64,000 bases of DNA from Amphiscolops sp. MND2022 (lineage: Eukaryota). A program made the translations under genes and the position numbers. The notes under the pieces are model-generated. The model worked only from the letters and a program-made list of their open reading frames with translations. It did no database searches and had not been told where the DNA came from. The DNA lies in contig OZ076409.1 in assembly GCA_964187785.1 (NCBI GenBank), positions 5,830,001 through 5,894,000 on the forward strand, given 5' to 3'. Shown in pieces: positions 37,101 through 49,100 of this stretch. Within the stretch, counting starts at the first letter, position 1; each line of letters begins with the position of its first letter.

Positions 37101-40100
37101 TTTTTTCAAGCTTCTTTGGAAAGCTGCTTCTAGTTTTCTGCATTGAAATGCTTCATTTCGAAATTTTGTCTTTAGTGATTTTATTTTTGATTTGAGAATG
37201 AGGAGCTAGCAAGCAGCTTTAAACCTATTATTGACAGAAGCGGTGAAAAAGATAGGCAAATTTCGCAAGTTCCATTAGAAAACGGGAAACGTTTCTGTTC
37301 ATATTTCTGATGGGAGAGGGAAACAAGCCGGGAACGGCATAAGTGGGCGCCATATCTAAGGTTCAAAAATAGCAAAAGGACTTCAAAGTGTCGAAGTATT
37401 CTCTTCTACAGTACCTGAAAAACCCAAAAAGTTGGACCGAATTGGCGGGCCGGGGGCCTGCTAGCGGACCCCCAGCGCGTTAAAGATGGGAACAGTTTCG
37501 CATTTTTTAGTCGGCGCTTCATGAAGTGAAACGCGACTATTATAGTGACTTTTTTTTCTATCCACACGAACTGACCAAAATAGTTCTGCAAGTTCTACAA
37601 AATATTATTGCATCAAAATGCACTATTTGGTCTAGCGAACTGAACCAAAAAGGTTTTTCCTGTTTTTCCGCGTAACATACCATACCGGGCGAGACCAAAG
37701 ACTCCCCCCTTTCATTTTTTTCGGCGACTTTTTTTTCGAAAAAAATTTTTCCCCAAAGGGTCCCCCCTGCTTTTTTTTGATGTTTTGCGACAGAATGGAT
37801 GTTAAAAAATCCCAAAGGATCCCCCCTTTCAGTTTTTTTCGGCATTGTGAGATTTTTTCCCGGAAATGAAAATTTTTGTTTTCTTCAATTTTTTCATGTT
37901 TTGCGACAGAATGGATGTTGAAAAACCTCAAAGGGTCCACCCTTTCAGTTTTTCGGCATTGTGAGACTTTAGCGCGCCAGGGGCTCGCGCTAGCGAGCCC
38001 CGGCGCGCCACTCGGTCCATTTTTTTTGAGTATGTAATTTTTTCGAAAATTTTTTTCAAAAAATTTCGATTTTCGAGTACTGTAAAAGAGTACTTGACAC
38101 TTGGAAGTCTTTTTGCTATTTTTGAGCCTTGGATATGGCGCCGACTTGGGCCGGTCCCGGCTTGTTATCATCCATTGTTGCAAAACATCAAAAAATTGAA
38201 TGGGAGACCCTTTGGTGAAAAAAAAAATATTTCGAAAAAAGTTTGACAATGCCGAAAAAATCTGAAAGGGGGACTCTTTAGTTTCTCCCTGTATTGTATG
38301 CTACGCGGAAAAAGAGGAAAAACCTTTTTGGTTCAGTTCGCTAGGCCAAATGGTTCAATTTGACACCATAAAATTTTGTAGACCTTTTGGTAGAACTATT
38401 TTGGTCACTTCAGGTGTATCAAAAAAAACTGACGAAAAGCCACAACTATAGTCGGCTCTATTCAACAAAAGCGCCGACTAAAAGAGAAAACAGTTATTGT
38501 ACAATGTGTATGTGTAGTGAGTAGTGGTGGTATGTAACAGTAAATGACTACAATACTGACGTGAGGAGAGTATCTTGGAGATCCTGGCGACTCCGTTGTT
38601 GCCGTTGTTCTTCTTCTTCCCGCTGAAGGGCTTGGGAGTGGAGGCGGTCTTGGCGGCCGGGCGGCTGTTCTGCACGCGGGTCGCCGCCCCGAACGAGGAG
38701 CTGCTCTGCGCACCCGGCGTCTTCTTCCACACGTAGTAGAACTCCACCAACTCCGCCTGCCAAACGAAACGACATTGTCATCATTGCATTGTATTCAACA
38801 TTTCCTCGGTAAATACACTGAGTTTGGAAATGAATTTCGGAAAATTCCAATTTTTACACTTGTAAAACTCACACAGCATGAGAAATTCTAGTCTTTTTCT
38901 CTTGCAAAAATTGAATCATTGGATTTTGAAACATACTTGAATTCGAACATTTAATAGTTCTTCCCAAGAGTAGGGTTTTTGAGACGCCACGCTAATTGTT
39001 TTGGGCTGTAGCAATGCGCTATTTCTAATTTAGTTCATTTTCCCAACAGAGGAAATTGACTCAGAGACATATAAATTTCCAAAGCGGAATTATTAGAGCA
39101 TTTCAATTTCTAAGCGAATAGCAACGCGCTAAAAGGAAATTGCAATTCCCAAATTCCTTTAATGCTCAGCCAATAGGAAAAAGCCACGCGACAGTAGAGC
39201 TGTCCTGAGCTGGAAAGAGAAATACAGGTACCCATTCCAACGCGGAACACTGAGAATTCACTCGCTCTCTTCTCTTCTCTTTCTTTCCTTACTTTGCTCT
39301 CTGACTTAAAACTCTCCCTTAAATTCAGCTGACAAAGAGTCCTGATTTTAACTTAGAAATATTCTAAAGTCTGAAATGCTCGACTTAGAAAATTATTCTA
39401 TCTTATAAACACCCTATTCTATCTTATAAACACTTCTAATTTACCTTCACTTTATAACAATTTTTTGAGACTTATTGCAAAGTTAGAAAGCGAGTCCTAA
39501 GTAACTAAAATCACCGGTTTACAACATCTGGTGCGACCAGAGCAAAGAACAAAATCACTCCGCAATTTGTACGACCATAAAACCGAGCGTACAAAATAAA
39601 TCTCTTTTCCCTGTGGTGGGTCCTATTTTGCAAAACTGAAATATTTAAAGCAAATATTTCTGAGAAAATTCAAATTCTTGTTTTTGCAACACTTAGTATC
39701 TAAAGCAGATACTAAACAAAATTTCAATTTTTGCAACATTTAGTAATCTAAAGCAGATACTAAACAAAATTCATACTCTTGGTACTGAGTCTAAACAGTA
39801 TCCACTAACGCTAGCTTCGGTATTAGCGTGTGCGGGTTCCGTGGAAGAAATTTATTTCTGACACACGAGTGTTCCTTAAATTGCACGATCCCAGCGAGGT
39901 TTCGCAAGAAATTGGAAAGTCCATATTTCACCTCGCCTGCTGCCTTGGAATCTAGTATTCCGTGTTAAGGCTTAAATACGCAGAAACTGTCCGTTTCAAA
40001 GGAGCAACAAAACTCCAAAAATATATATTTGCGAAAGGATCAAAGAGATTCCTTTGTGAACAATTTCTATATGTGCATTGGAGCAAAGAAACTTCTACAC

Positions 40101-43100
40101 AAAAAACCAGTCTGTTATTGCCAGAAATAATAACAAAATTGTAAATTGTGAAAAAAAGGAGCAAATGGCAAACACTGTAGCGTACCCTGACTTAGCATTA
40201 GAAAAATTCATTGGAATTGACACAAGTGAAGATCCAACTGCCTTTATTCGTTTGTTAGAAAAGAAAATCAGCTTCTCGCTAGGAAGTAGACCTACGGCAA
40301 ATGAGAACGGCCAACAAACCGTTTATGACGACCGTAGAAAAACACTTTTTGGATCAGTCCTACGCGGACCTGCGGCTGAGTGGTTTGATTCACTAGACGC
40401 TGCGTTAACATGGGAAGAAATGAAAACACAGTTCATAAACAGGTTCACGGACGGAAAAATGCAATATAGATTCCGAATTGAGGCCGAGAATCTGAAAAGA
40501 CAGCCTGATGAAAATATAAAAAGTTACATCCACAGAATAAAAACGTTGGTAGACAAAGGCTGGCCAACACCGTCAAATGCGAATCAAGAGGCTATCACAG
40601 CATGCGAAAATCAGAGAATTGGGAAGTACAAAGACTACTTCATAAGAGGCTCAATGCCCCCGGGTCTTAAACAGAAAGCCCATCAAGCAATGATTGAAGA
40701 TCCCAACAAATCATGGGACGCTTTACAGGCTCTTATCATAAATAAAGATATGAGTTTAGTTGTGAGTGCCGAAATGTCCGGCTTGCAACCTTCAAGTTCC
40801 CAAACTTCAACAGGGACAATGGACGCCCGTTTCACTAACATAGAGAAAACATTGAATGAATCACCAACATGGTGAAAAATCATCAAATCAATGCTACCTA
40901 TGACCCGAACAACCCAAAAATGAAACAAGACTTTACTAGATTTTGCAACTATTGCAAAAAATCCGGACACACAATCAAGTACTGTTGGACATTGAAAAAG
41001 AAGAAAGAAAACGAGGAAAAACCTCCTCCCCAACCAAAAGAAACATATGCGCAAAACTATCCAAGTCGACCCAAGTCTCCGAATAATAACACATCACAAT
41101 CGGACAATCGGTCCAACGGCCAAAGAGGCAGAAGTAATAGTCCTTATGTTTCAAATGGCTATCGAAGCAGAAGTAACAGCTACTCTGGAGCTGTTCGGTT
41201 CGAAGCAAGGCCTGACAAGGTGAATTCTTTGTATGACACTCTGCAGTCATGCAATCCTTTAAACTAATCAAGTCTCCGAACCAACAAAGTGAGGAATCAA
41301 ATGAAACCCCTCACATTCCAACTGCTGGAACGTCCGGCCAACATTTTTATATAGAATTATTTCAATACGCCGTCGGAGACAAAAATAAAAATAATGGCCT
41401 TAGCACCCAATTTCTCATAGATACTGGCGCAACGTGCTCCATTATCAACCGTGAGACATTCACTGAGATTAACAAAATTCAGCCTTTAGTTGTAACGCCT
41501 CTCGAGAAATCGCCTTTAGCTGCTAATGGACACGCAATACCCATGAAAGGGAAAACTATTATTCAGTCTGCGTTTGACGTAGAATATTCTTGTGTGATCG
41601 AACACACTGTTTATGTGTCTGATTCCCCCGAGGCGAGAATGAACATTCTTGGAATGGATTTTTTGGCAAATTTTGGTGAATTCATTAACTTGAGAAATCC
41701 AATGCTAATTTTAACGGTCTTCCCCGGCAAATGTGTTAAACTGTCACCTTATTTAGACAAGCCTTTTCCCTACTTCTCCCAGGTTAATTCAGTAGAATTG
41801 ACTCAAGACATTACAATTGCACCGTATTCGACCCGAGTTTTGAGTTTAATTGCTAGAGATGAAGATAAACATTTGTTCAAACAGGGAACAAGTTTCCGTT
41901 TACACCAAGACATTTTAGATACTGGCATTTACACGTATCACGTGTATTGCTCACAAGACGAGTCGAAATATCCTTTAATGCTGAACAATCCGAACCCGAA
42001 CAGTATTACTATTCGTAAAGGAATTCTTGGATACACATTGCTCGACAGCGTCCAAGAGACCTCGCAATTGATGAGTGTCGTTGACAATGTCGCTTTCATT
42101 GAGTATCTCAAAACTTCTGAGTCTCAATGGAACAAGGATTTACACGTTTGTTCGACCGAACCGTATATTTATTCCTTAACGGAAATTGATTCACGGAAAC
42201 AAATGGCCGAAAGCGCTATTTCGCAAAATGAACTGGCTACTGATTTCTCCAATGAGGTGAAATCATTACAACCGAAAATGCCCAAAATTGCTTCCGATAT
42301 TAAAAGGAAACAACTCGACGATGAATTTTACGCCGAGTTTAGTCCCGGCGAACGCAACTTTTTAGAAAAGTTCGACTTTTCTGAATCTGATATAAATGAC
42401 CGTGAATTGCAACATCTTCTCCGAGTTTTAGTTGAAAACAATGACGTGTTTTCAAAATTTACTTATGATGTTGGAAAAATCACACAAGCATTTCATGTAC
42501 AATTGAAGAAAAACGCCGAATTACGAAAACAAAGGCCCTCAAAAGTCCCTCTACACTACAGAGACCGACTTGAAATTCTTCTGAATGAACTGCAACGAGC
42601 TAGAATCATTCGAGAAACGGGAAATGATGTGGAAATGGGTTCCCTATTCACAAACCCTATCATCATTTTACCAAAAGGAGATACCGTGAAGCTTGTGATT
42701 GACGCACGTTATCTTAACTCAATCACTGACTTGACTAACTACTCATGGCCCCTTGAACCAGTACAAATGTTACTGACACGACTTGATGGAGTTTATTACA
42801 CAACGAGTGATTTAGCTTCCGCCTATAACCAAGTACCCCTCACCGAGGATACGAAGAAGTTGACAAGCTTTATTGTTGGTGGAAAACAGTACATGTTCGA
42901 ACGAGGATTCTATGGTCTTTGCGGACTACCAAACTTCTTCAGTCGGATAATGACTATTCATTTCGCTGAAATGATAGCCAAGAAACAAGTGATAACATAT
43001 ATTGATGATGTTATCTTACAGGCAAAAACCAAACAAGAAATGTGGAATAATTTGGATTCATACTTCAAGTGCTTGAGATCATCAGGTCTGAAAGCTGCAC

Positions 43101-46100
43101 CGAACAAAACAAAACTGTTCTTGAGGAAAGTTCAGTTTCTTGGACACATTGTCTCCGACAAAGGAATCCAGCCAGTAGCCAAAATGGTACAAGATTTGAA
43201 AAACCTGAAAAGCCCTGAGAACAAAAGAGATGTAATGCGCATCTTAGGAAGTTTAGGTTTCTACAGCACCTTCATCAAAAATCTACATGTAGATTCGAAA
43301 CCTTTCTACGAACTTCTGAGAGATGACACTCCATTCAAATGGACAAAAGAGCATGAGAACTTGTTCCAAGACATAAAAAATAGAATCAGCGAAGAAACCA
43401 TCTTAGCTGTACCAAACCCAAAGTATCCGTTCCACATCCATGTCGACTCCTCCAGTATTGGTACGGGATCAATCTTAATTCAAGATTTTCCTTCCGGGAA
43501 ACGTATAGTTTCCTTCAATTCGCGAGTCTTTACAAAGGATGAACAAAAGATGTCAACGCTACATCGAGAACTGTGCGGAATCATTTCTGCTCTACAAACG
43601 TATGAGCATTTCATAATTGGATCTCGACATCAAGGTATTCTGTGATCACAAGCCCCTCCTGTATCTATGGGCACGCAAAGGAAGATTATCTCATAGATTC
43701 TTCCGCTACCAAGTGATTATCACTCAGTTCACTAATTTGCAAATCATTTGGACCCCTGGAAAGAATTTAGCGTTTCCAGATTTGCTGAGCAGGAATGTGT
43801 CGTTGAAAGATCTCAACGGTCACCAATTACTTCACAAAGAAACTCCAAAAGATATAAAGTTCTTCAGCCAAAGTGGACACGAAGTTCAGTATCTGATAGA
43901 CCACAACAGCCCTGCTGAAAGCGCCAATGATGATTTTTACCCAATTGTTTGCACTCACCTGGGTGAAACCAAGAAACTTCACCTGAAAAATGATGGTACA
44001 GATCTTATTTGTACGGTATACGATCCAAACTCTCCGAAAGCGCTCTTTGATGTTTCTGACTCCTTCCGTGAAGGTAAGGACATCAACATTCGACGTAAAT
44101 GGCAAACCCCACCAATGGTTGTGGAAGCCGAAGTTCATGAAAATCATTATTCCGAAATTGACTCCGAAACCGACAATAGTGACAATGAGGCTTCTGACAA
44201 AGATCCTCTATTGAACACAGAGGTTGTAAATGCATCTAAAGAAGATGTTCCTTTCATCCTCTCCATTTTCACCATTCAAGACTCACTACAACCATTGAAA
44301 CTCGTTACCGATAATCTAGATTTAAACAATATTTTGGCAAACCAACAGGATGACCCAGTCCTGAACACTGTTAAATCATGGATAATTAAAGGCAAAGTGC
44401 CGTCAAAAGATGTTGAGTCCCGACAATGCAAAGGATTACTCGGTTATTCAAATCAATTTGAAAAATTGTTCATTGACGAAGAAACACACCTTGTTTGTAA
44501 AACTAGCAAGCATTCATCACGACAAATATGTCTGCCCCGCAACTAAAATTTCTCTTACTTAAAAGTGATAAGGCTTCTTGGAATAGATACCACTGTGATT
44601 GTTGATGTTTTTCTTCTGGTCACAAACATAATGACACAAGCACAAATTGACTTACAAACCCTAAATAACTCGCTTTCTAAAACTTAGTACAGTTGCCAAC
44701 TACTTAACCTCAAGCCTAATACCAACTATTTATTCTCCAGTTACTCCACTTATCCAGTTCTCTTGCTTTTGATATTCACTTTTCATATTCAACTACAAAT
44801 ATAATTTATAATGTCGGATGCTATTGACTTGTTCGAACCTGAAGGTTTTATCCCCAACGACTTACGCCCTCCTAATGTCAACTTCCGATCACGAAAAACT
44901 AAGCGGGTAAAGCCCTGCTTCCCCAAACCCTTCAGGCAGGCTAACAAAAGAATAGCCTCTGAAGCTCCTGAGCCAAATTGGCAGAAAAAGACATCCAAAT
45001 TGGAAAATGATATGAACTTAGACCCTAACCGTCTGTCAAAGAGACTCGGTGATGGGAAAATTAAAGGCCCCTCGTGCGTGTCAATGAGACTCGACGACGG
45101 GTTACCCAAAGAAAAAAATTGGTTTCCAAGCCTTAAAGAAAGACTTGATATCCAAAAGTCCCGAGAGACAAATATAGATACAGACGACCCAAAATTCATT
45201 AAATTCCTGAAGTATGGTATAAGGAAGGACCATAATGAATGGTTCCTTGCCACACCTAAACAAGGAATTGAACTTGTTAACAAGAAGTTGAATTGTTCCA
45301 TTGTCATTCCCCCTGAACGCTGCCCCGCTATAAACATTAATCTACCAAAGGAAATGAATCAATGGAGACTAAAAGATCGTCTTCCCGAAGAAAGGAAGTA
45401 CGTAATCTACAACCATCAAATTGATTCTCTAATTAAAGCCCCCTTTGGTGTAATCACCGCGTTTCCTGACGACCCAAACCCCCTGTTTAACGACAACGCC
45501 AGTACTTGTAGCTCGTCAATCAGTACACCAGCTTCCAAGGAATCACATCATGATAATTCCCAAATCTCACACAACAAACAACCAACAGTCAATGCGACTA
45601 CACAAACAAAAAATGAAGAGTGGATAGACACACCTGATACCAATCTTACCGCTGCACTCTGGAAAACTGAATTCGCAATTGCCGAATTTGAACAGCAAAA
45701 CCGTAGTCTGAATATCGAACTAGCCAACTTAAAGAATGCCCTCTGCTCTGCCAATCGATCACGAGCAATGGCTAAAGAGAATGCAACTCGAGCAGAATTT
45801 AAGTTAGAGATCTCCGAAAGAGTAACATCAGACCTTTTCGTTGAGAACAAGGAACTGAAGAGCCAAATTGAGGAAGCGACCTCCAAAGCGGAGTCACTTC
45901 AAAGTCAACTCTTGGAGTCCAACAAAACAAACATTCTTCTCAAAGAAAAACTTGATGCCTTCGATGAGGCAAATAAACAGTTCAAGGAGATCCTTGATAA
46001 AAAGGACACAAGGATCAAAGACCAAGCTAACATCGACAAATTGATCAAACAACTGCAAATAATGAGAGTCGAGATTGACATTCAACGTGCAGAGGCTATC

Positions 46101-49100
46101 CAGTTAATCCAAGCAGTAGATGGGAAACAATATGAAAAATTAGAAAAATGCCTACACGCCCTGTTAACCCATGCAGACCACTGGGATTGGCAACAGTATG
46201 AGAAGTATTCCATATTTAACCTAAAACGAGGAAATGTAAAAGCCAGACTATCAACTGTATACTACCCCATCGCCTATAACTTCGACAAGGATCCAGAATG
46301 GAAAACCAAATGCAGTAGACTACCCTGGCCTGTCAACACGAAACAAGTCCCAACCGGAAAGAATCATTAAAAGCCCCTATAAACTGCTCTTCAACAAAAA
46401 CTGAAACTCTTTTAACATGATAATTTGCTTAAACATATTTAACTTTTAAAATTTCTTTACCTTAACGTAAACTTTACATAAAGCTTTACCCATTATTCAT
46501 TATATCCATTTTATAACCATTATACCCATTAATTGATTTTGGTATTACGACTAATGCAGTCTTCTCTGTCAACTGGGGTGAGTTGTAGCAATGCGCTATT
46601 TCTAATTTAGTTCATTTTCCCAACAGAGGAAATTGACTCAGAGACATAATAATTTCCAAAGCGGAATTATTAGAGCATTTTAATTTCTAAGCGAATAGCA
46701 ACGCGCTAAAAGGAAATTGCAATTCCCAAATTCCTTTAATGCTCAGCCAATAGGAAAAAGCCACGCGACAGTAGAGCTGTCCTGAGCTGGAAAGAGAAAT
46801 ACAGGTACCCATTCCAACGCGGAACACTGAGAATTCACTCGCTCTCTTCTCTTCTCTTTCTTTCCTTACTTTGCTCTCTGACTTAAAACTCTCCCTTAAA
46901 TTCAGCTGACAAAGAGTCCTGAATTTTAACTTAGAAATATTCTAAAGTCTGAAATGCTCGACTTACAAAATTATTCTATCTTATAAACACCCCACTTCTA
47001 ATTTACCTTCACTTTATAACAATTTTTTGAGACTTATTGCAAAGTTAGAAAGCGAGTCCTAAGTAACTAAAATCACCGGTTTACAACAGGGCTTTACTCA
47101 TAGGTCGTGCCAGCTGTGTCTTCGCTTAATTTGATTGTTGTTGAAGACAATTTTGAAGGTCGCCGGTATTGAGTACCTTCATGGAAGGTATGTTTGAGTT
47201 ACGTTATACTGAGACCTACTCTGTAAAAAACTGAAAAATTCGAGAAATGAATTTCATTCATTTGAAGAAATCAGTAAAAGAACATTGAGTTAAACAAAGT
47301 CTTGCATCAAAGTCTTCAACAAAGTCTTCAACATGTCGAGCTAATCTTCGGATCCATATGCGATAAAAAACGAATGAACTTTTTTCGTCATTTCGAATGC
47401 TTCTTTATAATGATTTTCACGTAATAGCGAGCGTACGTAATAACCAAATATTATTGGCTAGTTTTGTCTGTTACGGAGTAGGGAAATTAGTAGTGCTACG
47501 AAGTTATGAGTTTTACGCAACAGTGCAGGTACTTAATTGTAAGATTCAACTGTATGAACAACTATTGGGCGTAATGGGCACCGGGAGGAACTATTAAATG
47601 TTTGAATTCAAGTATGTTTCAAAACCCAATAACTTAATTCAATTTTTGTAAGACAAAAAGACTAAAATTCCTCATACGAGTGCAAAAGTTGGAATTCTTC
47701 GAAATTCATTTCGAAACTCAGTGTATTTTCCGAGCAAATGTTGAATTTGGACAATCTATTAGTTGGCGCTAATTTGAATCGTTAATAAAATTGCTGAAAA
47801 AGTTCTGAGCGACCGCCAATTCGCTAAATTGCTTACTAGCAGCGGTGTTAAAACTCTGATGATATGTATGCTCGTATCAAAGTGCTAGGTCAATTGGCCG
47901 ACGGAGCTATTGGCCGACTCTAAGTTTGAATTAAGCCCCAAACGATCCGTAATATACAGAGTGTTCAGTAATTAAGATGACAGTTCTGCGAGCGAGCTCC
48001 TTCGATATCAGTTGATGCTAACCGTGGTGCGATGAGGCAAGTAGTCGATTCTGATGCTGTTGAAGTTCTTGCCCAGTTGTCTCAGTCCCTTCACAAACAG
48101 TCTCTGCAAACAACACAATGACGTCATCACGACATACATTTCCATAGCAGCATCACTTATTGGATGCAATCCTTGGCAGCATGGAAGCAAATGCAGCTGA
48201 TCTATTGGATTCAGGGTTTTTTGAAAAAAAATTGTGTACAATCAATCAATTGGAATCAATAATTGCAACTTGGCTGTTGGGCTGTTTTTCCATCAAAAAC
48301 GTAAGTTTTCCACAAAAATTACATCGATCAATGATTTTGTGTTAAAATTTTCAGTTGATTCAAACAAATGTCTGAATTTCGAAGTTGATAGCAGTTTGTA
48401 GTCAAAAAATCATTTATTGCATATCCAAGGAATGAAAAAATTTTAAGAAGTCGCAAAAATTAGTTTCTTTTTTGGCGTACTGGACTGGGGACACCATTGA
48501 TATCTAGTTAATTTCAGTTAACTGGAATTTTTTCAAAAAATGAATCAAGTAATTTAAAGTCAGAGATCAATCAATTCATTAAGCCTATTAATTGATAGTC
48601 TAAATAATTTTTGAAGACCTCTGATTGGAAATGACACAGAAAAAAAACATGTTTCATGTCCTACTACTTCCCCTGACATTTGATTGATTTTAATTGTATT
48701 TTTATGCGAAGCATTAGTTTGTGCAGCATATTTTCATGTTTTGTTTGATTCTCCTGTCTTTCATTTTTTGGTTGTTGAACATTGGTTAAACCTTCGGATC
48801 TTTTCTCTTTCTGTTAATCCCCCCTCAAGGTAAGCGGGAAAATTTTAATCACAAACAACCCCCCCTCCAAGTGTCAGCGATGAGTTTCAATTGCAGTTAG
48901 AGTTATAAAATACTGCAATTTGATTGGTTGTTACTATTAATTCACAATGATAATTTCACTTGACCGCTCAACTAGGGGTTAAACAGAAAGATGCAAACCT
49001 TGTCTTCTGAGTTCCAGTGGTCCATCGGAGCCTTCGGTGCAGGGTCGTTGAGCAGTAGATGGATGGCCTTGTCTCTGTCATAGTCTGCCTGGTGCAGCTA

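Larger units (their letters stand above)
39007..47088 (+). mobile_element. Ty3/gypsy LTR retrotransposon, integrase-deleted, with an extra 3' ORF; antisense within a RERE intron
   Basis: Two nearly identical TG...CA LTRs, 4-bp TSD GGGC (39003-39006 and 47089-47092), PBS, PPT, gag, and PR-RT-RH domain order. Confidence 0.96.

Noticed and set aside
37632..38249. 205-aa ORF and similar K/F/G-rich ORFs (e.g. 17833, 28499, 29068, 62012)
   Set aside because: Chance translations of the Helentron-like repeat units; no domain motifs
44811..46370. Calling ORF3 an env gene
   Set aside because: No signal peptide or transmembrane anchor visible
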